Shown: positions 34,025 through 44,206 of the stretch, piece after piece
Numbering within the stretch: position 1 is the stretch's first letter
Layout of the letters: each line of letters starts with the position of its first letter
IMG/VR virus record: IMGVR_UViG_3300042518_001860
Location: 1-64,000 of that record
Reading direction: 5' to 3' (one strand)
Length of the DNA: 64,000 nt
Source of the DNA: a virus
Translations under genes and position numbers: made by a program
Notes under the pieces: model-generated
What the model was told of the DNA's origin: nothing
Databases searched by the model: none
What the model saw: the letters and a program-made list of their open reading frames with translations, nothing else

Positions 34025-35968
34025 ATGGCTTTTACTTCTCGAACTCGGGGTCTGCTCGCCCGTGTAGGCGGCGAACTCCGCAACCTTGGTCTGCGCGATC
34101 GGACTGACCTCCAGGCTGACCCCACGAGCTCTAGCGGCTTCGGGGCGGTTCTTGAGCAGCTCGTTCTCTCGGACCTCTACATCGGCCTCAACTCTGGCGG
34201 CGATGCCCTCCGTGTCTACGGCTCGGACGGTTCGACCCTGCTCCTGACGGTTGCCGATGCTACGACAACCTTCGAGAACGATATCGTCTTCGAGGGTAAT
34301 GTGACCTTCAATGGTGGCAATGTCACCGTCGAGGGTACTACGGTTACTTACGAGGACAGCATCCTGCTCCTCGCCAAGGACCAGGAGACTGGCACGCTCG
34401 ACGCAGGCTTCATTGTCGAGCGCGGCTCGGATGCGAATGTCGCCTTCATTTGGGATGAATCGGCCGATGCCTTCGTCCTCTGTGAGACGACGGACACTGG
34501 TACGGATGGTTCTGTTTCGGTCGGGACTCTGCTCAACCTGCAGGTCGGTGAACTTTCCGCCGCCAGCGCGGTCCGACTGACCGAGGCCCTTGCACCGTCC
34601 AATGGTGCGAATGTGGGCTTCTTCTATGTGAAGGATGTCGGTGGCAACACCGAGGCCTTCTACATGGACTCGACGGGCAACGAGGTCCAGCTCACCAACG
34701 CGGGCGACGTCAACGTGACGGTTGCTGCGTCGGATCTCGATGACGCCTACAATGAAGGCCGCACCATTACGGTTGATGCCGGGCCCATCCTGGCCAATCT
34801 GGCGTACAACGTCGCAGGTTTCACGGCGCACAGTGTTGCTGTCGGTACGGCCGCGAACGACCTGAGCAACACCTGGGTCGGCTACTACTTCGCCCTCGGG
34901 GCGGACGAGTACACCGGGGCCGGTTCCGCCCTCAAGGCCGACTTCAGCGCAGCCACGCTCAATTCCGCCTCGAGCTTCTACGCGGTCGATCTCACGGGCG
35001 TGACGAACTCTGGTGCAGGGAGCAGTGTGGGTATCGCGATGTCGGGCTTCGACATCGGCATCCAGCTCCTCGACGATGATATGGCGCTGACCATCGGTGC
35101 CGGCAGCGACCTGTCGCTGTCCCACGATGGGACGAACAGTACCATTGCCAATGCTACTGGCAACCTGGTCATCGACCTGACCCATGCCACGAACTCGGGG
35201 ACGATCCAGCTCAAACTGGGTGTCGACAACAGCACCCAGCACGTCGGTGTCTACAACGACAGCGGCACCGCTGTGTTCCAGGTCAATGGTGCTGGGGCCG
35301 TCACGGTCACTGGGAATGTTGGTCGCAGCTCTGGCGACTTGGTCCTCCACGGTGGCATGGGCGGTGGTGCTGTCTCGGTCCGCGCCAACGGCTCGGGTTC
35401 TGCCAACGGGATCGACATCAGCAGCTCGGCGGTCACGTCCTACCAGGACATCGTACCGAGCGCTGATGACTCCAAGGACCTCGGCAGCAACAGCGCTCGC
35501 TACGCTGAGCTGCACGCTCGGAAGATCGTGCGGCAGATCGTCAGCGGCAACAGCGCGACGGGCGCTCCTTCGACCGCGGGCAGCCTCTGCATTGTTGCCT
35601 CGGACGGCCTGCAGCTCGCTGATGCCGCTGCCTTCTCGACCAGCGGCATCGTCGAAGGTCCCTACACGGGTACCGCCGGCCAGGTCTACGGTCAGGACAG
35701 TGAGGCCATCTCGCTGCCCAAGATGGCGACCAATGGTGCAGGGACTTTGTACGAGGCGATGGCGGTCGGCGATCTCGTGTACCTCGCGGCTGCGCTGGCT
35801 GATGAGTATGATGCAGGCGTGACTCCTGCCAAGGGCGTTGTCACCCTCCAGACGCCCAATTCTGCAGGCACCACGAACAGCCTCGTGGGTCGAGTGGTTG
35901 CGACTTCTGGCACCGGCGCTGCGACGGTCTCCGTTGCACTCCGCCTCCAGTACCTCGGCACCAACTGA
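34025..35968 (+). CDS. Virion fibre/decoration protein
   Basis: Beta-rich Gly/Thr/Ser/Ala; TVTYEDSILLL...DAGFIVERG...FIWDESAD; C-terminal cement-like domain. Confidence 0.75.
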   Translation: MAFTSRTRGLLARVGGELRNLGLRDRTDLQADPTSSSGFGAVLEQLVLSDLYIGLNSGGDALRVYGSDGSTLLLTVADATTTFENDIVFEGNVTFNGGNVTVEGTTVTYEDSILLLAKDQETGTLDAGFIVERGSDANVAFIWDESADAFVLCETTDTGTDGSVSVGTLLNLQVGELSAASAVRLTEALAPSNGANVGFFYVKDVGGNTEAFYMDSTGNEVQLTNAGDVNVTVAASDLDDAYNEGRTITVDAGPILANLAYNVAGFTAHSVAVGTAANDLSNTWVGYYFALGADEYTGAGSALKADFSAATLNSASSFYAVDLTGVTNSGAGSSVGIAMSGFDIGIQLLDDDMALTIGAGSDLSLSHDGTNSTIANATGNLVIDLTHATNSGTIQLKLGVDNSTQHVGVYNDSGTAVFQVNGAGAVTVTGNVGRSSGDLVLHGGMGGGAVSVRANGSGSANGIDISSSAVTSYQDIVPSADDSKDLGSNSARYAELHARKIVRQIVSGNSATGAPSTAGSLCIVASDGLQLADAAAFSTSGIVEGPYTGTAGQVYGQDSEAISLPKMATNGAGTLYEAMAVGDLVYLAAALADEYDAGVTPAKGVVTLQTPNSAGTTNSLVGRVVATSGTGAATVSVALRLQYLGTN

Positions 35969-36018
35969 TCCGGTCTTGGCACCACTGACGGGTGACCCAC
36001 TCGTCAAGTTCAACCAGC

Positions 36019-36055
36019 AGCCCACGATGGGGAATCCCGTCGTGGGCTTTTGTTT
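36019..36055 (+). terminator. Rho-independent terminator
   Basis: AGCCCACGATGGG-GAAT-CCCGTCGTGGGCT followed by TTTGTTT. Confidence 0.85.
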
Positions 36056-36096
36056 CTGAGTTGCGAACATTCAAATCGGGTGGCACACTTCGCAGC

Positions 36097-36453
36097 GTGG
36101 GACTCTTCTCCAAAACTGAAGCCCCCTCCGGTGAGGGGAAGCAAGCAGCCCAAGACCACCGCATGCGGTTGGGGTTGGGCGATATGATTCGCCGTCTCGT
36201 GGTCCTCGACGCCAAATACCGTCAGGGTATTTGCTCCGCGACAGACTTGGCCGAGCGAGAGTTGATCTTTTCGGGGCTGAACGAGATTCAAGTCCCAGTA
36301 ACCGCGAGTTGCACTCCTGGTGAAGACCTGAATCAAAACGGTATCCCGGATACCACAGAATTCTTCCGCATTGCGGCGGCCACTGATTGCTGCGTCCTTC
36401 AACATAAGCCCGAAGCGCGGCAAGAGAAGCCAAAGAAACGAGGTCGGTTGTGA
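36097..36453 (+). CDS. Hypothetical protein
   Basis: GTG 7 nt after TTGCGA-N17-CACACT; contains DLNQNGIPD (Ca-loop-like). Confidence 0.6.
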   Translation: MGLFSKTEAPSGEGKQAAQDHRMRLGLGDMIRRLVVLDAKYRQGICSATDLAERELIFSGLNEIQVPVTASCTPGEDLNQNGIPDTTEFFRIAAATDCCVLQHKPEARQEKPKKRGRL

Positions 36454-36773
36454 CCATTGTCGACTTCCTCATTCTGCTGCTCGGCTCCGCCGGGTTTGGC
36501 TTCTTCCTCACCAACAAACTCCCCGATAGTTGGTATGAAAGGACCGGCTTCATCTCCAGAATGCTCTCTTGCGCGTTCTGTGCAGGCACAGAAGCAGGCT
36601 GGTGGCTCGGAGGTGTAGGCCTTGTCGGCATCATCTTTGGTACCGATGAGGTCCAAATGGCAGTTCGGGGCCTTTTTTTCGGTCCAGCCGTTGGGGTTAT
36701 CCTCTCTTTGGTCCAGGCGGTAGGCCAGATCTCTGCGAGCCTGCGTTCCATTTCTGACCGCGAGGAGAGGTAA
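36450..36773 (+). CDS. Small membrane protein (DUF1360-like)
   Basis: MLSCAFCAG motif between TM helices. Confidence 0.6.
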   Translation: MTIVDFLILLLGSAGFGFFLTNKLPDSWYERTGFISRMLSCAFCAGTEAGWWLGGVGLVGIIFGTDEVQMAVRGLFFGPAVGVILSLVQAVGQISASLRSISDREER

Positions 36774-36775
36774 CC

Positions 36776-38338
36776 ATGGCGAGCGTGGGGTCGGTCATCT
36801 ACAGCCACTTCGGCCTCTATGAAGCCGATGGCACGACGCCGCGCACGGGCGCGTCAGCCGACGTCGAAGTTGCCCTCCTGCGGGACGACGAGATCATCGA
36901 CCTCGTAGTGACTGTTGAGGAGCTCGAGGCCGGCGATTATGTTGCGAGCTTCACGCCGGATGAAGTTGGGTTCTACACAGTCAAACTCACCGATACAGCG
37001 CAGGCTGTCGACATTGTAGAGTCCTTTGAGGTCTCTGCGAACAGCCTGGATGATGTGGCGGCAGCCGTTGCCGCTATTACTGCACATGACGCCCTCGTCA
37101 GCGTGACTGGCATCGAGACGTTGCGCGCCTCTTCGGCTTGGTCGCCGAACCTCATCTTCCTGCGCCGCTCCACGATGTCCCCCATCGATCCCGACTCAGT
37201 CACTTCGTTGGAAATCCTCGGGGGTGACGGTTCTACTGAAGTGGAGGCGATTGACGGCGAGGATCTGGAGAGGGTCAGTCTTGGCAACTACGAGGCTGCC
37301 CCTGCCCAACTCGAAGCCGCAGGTACCTACTTCCTTCGGGTGACCTTCGTCTACGGCGGGACAGAGATTGTTGATGTCCTCCGAATCTATGCACAGCCTG
37401 CTCGCGGGGAGGCAAGCTCCTCGAGCGGCTCCGCTGTAGACCTCGCACGGGTTTATACATACCCAAGCAGCCTCGAGGCTGCCCGATTCGACCTCAGTGA
37501 TCTGACTCAAGCCGAGGTGTGGCGCCGCATCAAAGACGTCAGCGCGCAGATTGAAGTCCTCACGAAGGGAAACCTATTCAATGGCGAATACGGCACCTTC
37601 GAATGCTCAGGTCGTGGTCGCCGAATCGTGTATCACCCTCAGCAACACCCATTCGTCCACCTCGAAAGCGTTCAGCTCTCTGAGAGCCGGACGGACCACG
37701 GGCGAGACGGGTTCTTCCGCCGTCCCCTCGACAGTTTTGGTAGCCCTACTATTGCCTCTGCGAAGTACCACCTTCGAGCTGGCATGGTCGAAGGTATTCG
37801 CTACGACTTCCCTATGGGAGCGGGCAATGTCCTGGTGACCGGGGCTATCGGTAAGCTCGAGCCTGCGAAGTATGCGGAGACTCTTTCTGCCTCTGAAGTT
37901 GGCGCGGACTCAGATTCGGTCCAGGTGGAAGATAGCACCGGCTTTGCAGCCCGAGACGTGGTAGATATCATCGGTGAGACCTTTGCCGTCCGCGTGATCC
38001 TCACCTCGATTGACCGGGCAGACCATGTCCTGTACTACGACGCTGTCGGCGGGGAATTCGATGCTATCCCCGCAGAGGCAGTCGTTCGAACCTTCGGTGC
38101 AGTCCCGCGAGCCGTTGAGCAGGTGGCAAATTACTTGTTTGGAGTCCTGCTCCGAGAGGAGGCTGCCAACGCTGACGGGGTAGAGCATATCCCCGCCGGC
38201 CGCATCCGCCGTGAGCGGACAGACAACTACGAGATCGAATTTCAGATGGCGGGCATCAATGAGACGCTCACCGGCTCACCAAAGTATGATCTTCTTCTCC
38301 TGCCTTACATGAAGGCAATTGACGTGAGGATTCCATGA
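36776..38338 (+). CDS. Head-tail adaptor/neck protein with extra Ig-like domains
   Basis: Adaptor-like C-terminus (VPRAVEQVA...IRRERTDNYEIEF...LLLPY); position. Confidence 0.6.
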   Translation: MASVGSVIYSHFGLYEADGTTPRTGASADVEVALLRDDEIIDLVVTVEELEAGDYVASFTPDEVGFYTVKLTDTAQAVDIVESFEVSANSLDDVAAAVAAITAHDALVSVTGIETLRASSAWSPNLIFLRRSTMSPIDPDSVTSLEILGGDGSTEVEAIDGEDLERVSLGNYEAAPAQLEAAGTYFLRVTFVYGGTEIVDVLRIYAQPARGEASSSSGSAVDLARVYTYPSSLEAARFDLSDLTQAEVWRRIKDVSAQIEVLTKGNLFNGEYGTFECSGRGRRIVYHPQQHPFVHLESVQLSESRTDHGRDGFFRRPLDSFGSPTIASAKYHLRAGMVEGIRYDFPMGAGNVLVTGAIGKLEPAKYAETLSASEVGADSDSVQVEDSTGFAARDVVDIIGETFAVRVILTSIDRADHVLYYDAVGGEFDAIPAEAVVRTFGAVPRAVEQVANYLFGVLLREEAANADGVEHIPAGRIRRERTDNYEIEFQMAGINETLTGSPKYDLLLLPYMKAIDVRIP

Positions 38339-38700
38339 GCGCACTCAGTACGCAGTTCGGTGGTTCCGCCTACAGCGTGGACCAGCCGGTCACCGAGACC
38401 GCGGCCACTGTTCTTGGCCCTGTCGATGTGCAGAATTACCCCAATCTGGGTTTCTATATCCAGAGCGCGGCTGGCAGCGATGATGTTACAGAAATCGTTG
38501 TCGAGTCCGCCCCACTTTCGAGTGGGCCCTGGGTTCAGGTTCTCGACATTGCTGATGGGACCTCCCTCGAGGCGGAGGCTGCCACCTATGGCAGCCTGAG
38601 CAACTCTGCCCACAAGTTCGTCCGTGTCCGCGCTACCTGCGGCGCAGGTGACACCGCTACTGTCTCCACCTGGCTCTGCGCCAGTCGGTACGGACTGTAA
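38335..38700 (+). CDS. Virion structural protein (beta-sandwich)
   Basis: VESAPLSSGPW...FVRVRA. Confidence 0.6.
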   Translation: MSALSTQFGGSAYSVDQPVTETAATVLGPVDVQNYPNLGFYIQSAAGSDDVTEIVVESAPLSSGPWVQVLDIADGTSLEAEAATYGSLSNSAHKFVRVRATCGAGDTATVSTWLCASRYGL

Positions 38701-38703
38701 AAG

Positions 38704-39132
38704 ATGGCTCGTCGCCCCTTCTTCATGGGGAACAGCCTGGTCGGCATTCGGCTGCTCGACCGTGCTGCTCCCCTTGTCGATCCCTTGTATGGGACTCGGG
38801 GCGGTACCGTCGAAGCTGCCTACGGTGAGGAGATTCGTGTGCCTGGGCAGCCGCGCTTTGAGAATAATAAGCGTGTGGACGCACGGTTCGGTGGTGATGC
38901 TGAACGCCTTGATGCTTACGTCATGTTTGCTCGTGATGACCTCGAACGCCGAGAGATCTCTCCCGAAGCTCTGAAAGGTGCGCGGGTCACAGGCTACATG
39001 CGTAACGGTCAGTGGTACACCGAAGAGTTTGAGGTTATTTCTGCAGACCCAACAGGGCACCTCCCGACGACTGGTCCAATCCTGGTCAAGGCAAAGCTCA
39101 GGTCCTTGAAGGACCTGAAGGGGGCGCCGTGA
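38704..39132 (+). CDS. Head-closure-like protein
   Basis: Size and position; DPLYG near the N-terminus. Confidence 0.5.
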   Translation: MARRPFFMGNSLVGIRLLDRAAPLVDPLYGTRGGTVEAAYGEEIRVPGQPRFENNKRVDARFGGDAERLDAYVMFARDDLERREISPEALKGARVTGYMRNGQWYTEEFEVISADPTGHLPTTGPILVKAKLRSLKDLKGAP

Positions 39133-39884
39133 ACGCGCCTTGGTCAATTCGAGACGGCTCTACTCGAGGCCGTCTTCAGCTCGTTGTCCCAAAGGAGACC
39201 ACGGAGGCCATCTCCTCCATGACCCGCACGTCCCTTCCTCAAGACGTGCGGCGCTACATTGCGGTGGTCCTGGATCGCATCGGTCGCGCTGCCCTTCAAG
39301 ATGCCCGAGGGCGGCTAGGGGTTATTGGCCGAGGACCAGCAATCACCACCAGCTCCGCCCTCCTCCGTGAAAACCCTGCGCGCCAACGCCTCTCTTTCGC
39401 ACCCCTCTACGACGAGGGAGGTATGCGCGCGAGCTTGCGCGCCCAGGTAGATCCTTCGAATCTCTCAGTCAGCTTGGGAGCTACAGGGCCGAGCGCATTC
39501 AAGGCCTACCTCCACGAGCGTGGATACTCCTTTGAGATCACCTCGAGGATGGCCAACTACTTCCTGGGCAGGGCTGGGCGTGAACGAGGGAAAGTCAAGA
39601 ACGCTTACCGTTTCCTCGGCCTGTACTTTAAGGCCAACGTAGGTGGACGAGTATCGGTGCAGCCGCGTCCCTTCATGGCGCCCGCGCTCAAACGGGCAGT
39701 ACAGACAGTCTTTGAAGGCGGCTTCTACGGACGGCGTGCTGACTTCGACTTGGCTCGAGACTTGTTTGACATCTGGGGCACCACAACCAAGACAAATCGG
39801 CACTGGATGCCCAACGCGCGGGAGATTGTCAGCCTCTCTGTCTCCGCCCCCGATTCGGGAGAAGCTGGGGACGCAAATGCCTGA
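39129..39884 (+). CDS. Neck/tail-completion protein (HK97 gp10/virion morphogenesis-like)
   Basis: AYLHERG...VQPRPFMAPAL. Confidence 0.6.
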   Translation: MNAPWSIRDGSTRGRLQLVVPKETTEAISSMTRTSLPQDVRRYIAVVLDRIGRAALQDARGRLGVIGRGPAITTSSALLRENPARQRLSFAPLYDEGGMRASLRAQVDPSNLSVSLGATGPSAFKAYLHERGYSFEITSRMANYFLGRAGRERGKVKNAYRFLGLYFKANVGGRVSVQPRPFMAPALKRAVQTVFEGGFYGRRADFDLARDLFDIWGTTTKTNRHWMPNAREIVSLSVSAPDSGEAGDANA

Positions 39885-41139
39885 ATTCATCTTCCCTCTG
39901 GCTGCTGGCGGCGTTGTCGAAGAAACCTCCATTGAGGGGGTTGACGTGCCGACGATGCACTACGGAAAAGATGGAGCGTGGCTCCACCGACCGGGGCCAG
40001 ATCCTGTGTACTATGACCGTTCGGGTCGCCTTCTCTCCCAGGGCATCATCCAGACGGAACATTCTCAGATGAACGCACTGGTCGAGGTGTTCGGTGTGGG
40101 TATTGAGGCCATCTGGCCGAATCGTGCCTCTGCTGCGGATAACTGTTCTCTGCAGATCTCTCTTGATAACGGAGACACCTTCCTAGCATGGACTGGCGCT
40201 GCTTGGGAGGCGCAAGACACTGACGGGACCTTCAACACCGTGGCTGACTTCAACGACCACTGCGATGAGCTCGAATTCGAGCGACCTTGCTATTTGGGAT
40301 TCCGAGTCCGCGTCACGCCGTCTGATGATGTTTCGCCACTCCTGGTGTCGGTGCGTGCATATGTCGAGTGGTCCTATGATCCCCACATCGACATGGACGA
40401 GTTTCTGATGGAACGCCTCCAGGCGGCGCGATTCCCGTTTATGGTCATGCACCGAATGGCCGCGCTTGGGACTCGCGTGAACCCCCAGACCGAGATGGTG
40501 AAGGACCTCTCCGCACCTGTTCGGATCTTCAACCTGACAACTGACCCGAATAGGAACTCCAACCTTTTCAGTGCAGTCGATGCTGGGGAGCTTGTCCTCT
40601 CTGGGCCTCAAGCTGCTGGGTCGGTGTTGGAGATTCACCTAAGCGGCACCATGCCAATCATCATCGCCCGGCAAGACGAGATGATGACGCCGACAACGGT
40701 TCCGAGTCTCCTGCTCAGGTCCAAGGCTGTGAAGAACGTCCCCATGTCGAACACGGGGATGTTGTATGACTACAAGCGCGGGGCCGAAACCAAGCTGACG
40801 CGCATGCGACAGTTCTCCCGCGCGCTCGAACGAGGGTTCGACGTTGAAGTTGTCACTGCCGAACCAAGGACAGCGCGCCTCGCCATTGAGGCAGTTCGTC
40901 GAGCCTTCGGGGAAGCTGACTACAAGTCGAAGAGTACTGGCATCCAGTTTCGAGTCCTCGAGGAGAGTCCTGGGGATGAAGTGCCAGTCTTTGCCGAAGG
41001 GATCGAGGTTATGCGGTGGCAGGCATGCTTGTACACTGTTCACCCCACCCCTGTCTTCACCCAGTACGCTGGGGTCGAAAGTGTCGGAATTAAGTTCGGC
41101 GATAGTCGCCGAGTGTTTGAACGCAGAACCTTCCGGTGA
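39877..41139 (+). CDS. Tail terminator-like protein
   Basis: Directly upstream of the sheath; positional inference. Confidence 0.5.
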   Translation: MPEFIFPLAAGGVVEETSIEGVDVPTMHYGKDGAWLHRPGPDPVYYDRSGRLLSQGIIQTEHSQMNALVEVFGVGIEAIWPNRASAADNCSLQISLDNGDTFLAWTGAAWEAQDTDGTFNTVADFNDHCDELEFERPCYLGFRVRVTPSDDVSPLLVSVRAYVEWSYDPHIDMDEFLMERLQAARFPFMVMHRMAALGTRVNPQTEMVKDLSAPVRIFNLTTDPNRNSNLFSAVDAGELVLSGPQAAGSVLEIHLSGTMPIIIARQDEMMTPTTVPSLLLRSKAVKNVPMSNTGMLYDYKRGAETKLTRMRQFSRALERGFDVEVVTAEPRTARLAIEAVRRAFGEADYKSKSTGIQFRVLEESPGDEVPVFAEGIEVMRWQACLYTVHPTPVFTQYAGVESVGIKFGDSRRVFERRTFR

Positions 41140-41160
41140 GAAAATCTGGAAGTTATCCCA

Positions 41161-41189
41161 TTGAGATGGTAACAACTTTCAGGTAAATT
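41161..41189 (+). promoter_or_regulatory. sigma70-type promoter for tail genes
   Basis: TTGAGA-N17-TAAATT. Confidence 0.55.
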
Positions 41190-41212
41190 CGGAGCCGACC
41201 AGGAGCTATCGC

Positions 41213-43600
41213 ATGGCAACGAAATTCGAGTACGCACCCGGAGTCCGCACGATTGAAGCGCCTCCGGTCGCCCTGCCCCCCAATGTCGGCCCGACTCTGG
41301 TCGGATTTCTGGGCTCGGCCCAGCGCGGCCCGGTCGACGCCTCCCGGCTCATCACGAGTTGGCAGGAGTTCGTGTCGATCTATGGGGGGTTCAACCCCGA
41401 CGTCGTGGACCTCGGCGTGTACGTTCGGGACTTCTTCGACTGTGGTGGCGCCTCTGCTCGCATCCTGCGAGTGGCTCCGGCCGATGCTGTCGCAGCCTCG
41501 GATACCAGTCACGTCCTGACGCGCGGTGGCGCGACAGCCTTCGAGGTCTACGCGCAGTCTCCGGGCGTCTGGGGTAACGACTTGGCGGTCGCCTTTGCAC
41601 TTCGAGACGTCACCGCCACTGACGTGCAGACGCTCCTCGACGACGGTGGCAACGAACTCCCGAACGCGACCGACAACGACGACTCGTTCAATACGGCGCG
41701 CATCCCGGTCGACAACATCACCAAGTTCACCCCTGGTGATGTTGTCGATGTCTTCACGGACGCAGGTGCCCACGATACTCGTGACCCGATGGTCGTCTAC
41801 GCTGTGGATGCAGCCAGCAAGTCGATCATTGGGAACCTGCCTGCCGGGCGAAGTGTGACAGCCAACTACACGCTGCGCTCCTGCTCTCAGCACCGGGTCA
41901 AGACCTACGCGAAGGCGGACCTTGCGGACGCCGCGACCTCCATCGAGCTCGACTCCATCGAGGGCATCAGCCGGGGTAGCATCCTGACGTTCATCTGCTA
42001 CAGCCACGTCGAGACTGCCCCCGACCTCAGTATCGCGAGCCACTGCAATGTGGTGGTCTCTCGAGTCAGCGGGAAAGTGGTCCACTTCACCGCGGCTGCG
42101 CTGGTGAACCATGATGCGACGCTGCCGGCCCAGACCCACGCGGCGCTGCGCTACTTCATCGACGATGACAACTACCTGACCTTCACCGCGGTCAACCCTG
42201 GCCCTGTGGGCAACCGGGTCAGCATCGTCATCGACGTGGATGCCGACAACACTCTCGACGTCTCGGTGAGTGGCAAGACGATCACCATCCTGGCGGACAC
42301 TGACAGCACGCTCTCCGACATTGTCACTGCGATTGAGGCCAGCACCGCAGCCTCCGCCCTGGTGACGGTCGTTGACGAGGGCTCGGGAGCTGTCGTGGAC
42401 AGCCTTGCTGAGACTCGCCTGACCGGCGGCGCCTCTCTCATGGTTGTTAGCCAGGAGTTCGGGATGGATGTGTACCTCGGCGACGTGGTCGCCGAGTCGC
42501 ACTCCTACCTCTCCCTGACTCCGACCAATCCGGACTTCATTAAGACGCGCCTTGGTGGCGACCCTGCTGCCTACGCCCCCGTCTCTGGCAACCAGAGCCG
42601 TTACATCATCGTTGACGGCGCGGCGGCTACGGTCGGTACGGCTGCCCAGGAGTTCGCCAAGCAGCCTCGAGCTCTCACGAGCATTGGACTCGCTGGCGGT
42701 AGCGATGGCTCTGTGGTCTCGGACGATGAGTGGATCGGTGAGGACTCGCCATTGAGCGGTGCAAAGCTCCTGGCCTCCCTCGATGACTTCAAGGTCCTTG
42801 TGGCCCCCGGCATCGAGAGCCCGGATGTGCAGATCGAACTGAACCGGCTGGCGGCGGTGAGCGGCAAATTCATCGCGCTGCTTGACCCCCCGTCGGACGT
42901 CGCCAGCGCCTCGGACCTCGTGCAGCACCGTCAGAACGATCTCGGCATCAACAACCGCTTCTCGCAGGTTGCGAGCTCCTGGGCCTACATCACGGACAAG
43001 CGCAGTGGCGCGCTCCGCGGTTCGGAGCTCCTGGTCCCCCCGACTCCGGGTTGGGCGGCCCTGATTGCGGTTGCACAGCGCGAGGTCGGCCCGCACGGCA
43101 GCCCTGGCGGTCGTAGCCCGGCCACTTGGCTCCGTCTCGCCTACAACCCTGGCGCCGAAGACGCTGCGCTGCTTGGTCAGGAAGGCGTCGTCTGCTTCCG
43201 CGTTGTGGCCGGTAGAATCCGCTGCTTCGATGATCTGACCCTCCTGACGGTGGATGACCCTCGGCAGTTCGGCAACGTGTCGCGGATGATCAATCAACTC
43301 ATCCACGACCTGGAGCAGGATCTCTCGGACGTCATCTTCCAGCCCGGCAACGAAGATATCTTTGATGTCGTTGCCAGTCGCCTGAATCGACGCCTCGATG
43401 AATACCGCAAGATCGGGGCCTTCTCGACTCGTGACGCCAAGCAGGCCTATTTCGTCGCTTGCAGCCGCGCTACGACGACTCCCGAGGACATGGCTCGAGG
43501 CATCTTCTACGCCGAGGTGCAGATCAGCCCGGCGACTCTGGCCCGCAACATCATCCTGCGCCTGTCGGTCTCTGCCGGTGGCGTGCGTATCGCGAACTGA
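41213..43600 (+). CDS. Contractile tail sheath protein
   Basis: APGV..IE, GFLGSAQRGP, ITSWQEFVSIYG, SPGVWGN, FIALLDPP, AYFVAC. Confidence 0.95.
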   Translation: MATKFEYAPGVRTIEAPPVALPPNVGPTLVGFLGSAQRGPVDASRLITSWQEFVSIYGGFNPDVVDLGVYVRDFFDCGGASARILRVAPADAVAASDTSHVLTRGGATAFEVYAQSPGVWGNDLAVAFALRDVTATDVQTLLDDGGNELPNATDNDDSFNTARIPVDNITKFTPGDVVDVFTDAGAHDTRDPMVVYAVDAASKSIIGNLPAGRSVTANYTLRSCSQHRVKTYAKADLADAATSIELDSIEGISRGSILTFICYSHVETAPDLSIASHCNVVVSRVSGKVVHFTAAALVNHDATLPAQTHAALRYFIDDDNYLTFTAVNPGPVGNRVSIVIDVDADNTLDVSVSGKTITILADTDSTLSDIVTAIEASTAASALVTVVDEGSGAVVDSLAETRLTGGASLMVVSQEFGMDVYLGDVVAESHSYLSLTPTNPDFIKTRLGGDPAAYAPVSGNQSRYIIVDGAAATVGTAAQEFAKQPRALTSIGLAGGSDGSVVSDDEWIGEDSPLSGAKLLASLDDFKVLVAPGIESPDVQIELNRLAAVSGKFIALLDPPSDVASASDLVQHRQNDLGINNRFSQVASSWAYITDKRSGALRGSELLVPPTPGWAALIAVAQREVGPHGSPGGRSPATWLRLAYNPGAEDAALLGQEGVVCFRVVAGRIRCFDDLTLLTVDDPRQFGNVSRMINQLIHDLEQDLSDVIFQPGNEDIFDVVASRLNRRLDEYRKIGAFSTRDAKQAYFVACSRATTTPEDMARGIFYAEVQISPATLARNIILRLSVSAGGVRIAN

Positions 43601-43611
43601 GGAATCACCAC

Positions 43612-44145
43612 ATGGCAACCTACGCAAACGGAGTTCCCACGAATCCCACGGTGGGCGCTTGGTTCGAGGTCTACACGCCTGATGCCGACTGGATTCCGAA
43701 AGGGACCGTCGGTTTTGAGTCGGTGGACGGTCTCGTTCGCGAGACCGCAGTCATCGAACACAAGCAGGGCAACGACCTGTACTCTGACCAGATCGCTGGT
43801 CGCACGGCTCCGGCATCGATCACCATCCGAAAGGCGCTGGACGAGAACAACTCGCTTGAGCGCTGGAAGGCTGCGGTCGAGGAGGCCTCGAGTCTCTCGC
43901 CGGCTTCGACTCGCGCTGACCTGATCGTCGAGATGTATGACCGTCGTGGTACCCCTGGTAGCGGCGGCGACCCCAACAAGAAGCTGCTGCGCGCTTGGCG
44001 TATTCAGCGTGGGTGGGTGAGCCGCTTGACCACCTCGGCCCTCACCGGGCTCGCGAACGAGGTCTCCACGGTCGAGGCTGTCCTGTCGGCCTATGGACCC
44101 CCCGTCCAGATCTGGCCGACACTCGATACCCAGACGATCACCTGA
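43612..44145 (+). CDS. Tail tube protein (T4 gp19-like)
   Basis: GFESVDGL..ET.VIEHKQG...ITIRK...W.I..GW. Confidence 0.9.
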   Translation: MATYANGVPTNPTVGAWFEVYTPDADWIPKGTVGFESVDGLVRETAVIEHKQGNDLYSDQIAGRTAPASITIRKALDENNSLERWKAAVEEASSLSPASTRADLIVEMYDRRGTPGSGGDPNKKLLRAWRIQRGWVSRLTTSALTGLANEVSTVEAVLSAYGPPVQIWPTLDTQTIT

Positions 44146-44206
44146 TCCTTCCCACTCCACCGTCCACCAGACCTCCGCTTCGGCGTCGAACTGGTAGTGA
44201 GGTAAC

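Noticed and set aside
30753-43627. Long antisense ORFs (30753-32288, 34001-36070, 41153-43627)
   Set aside because: They mirror strongly codon-biased structural genes, an expected high-GC artefact, and show no motifs
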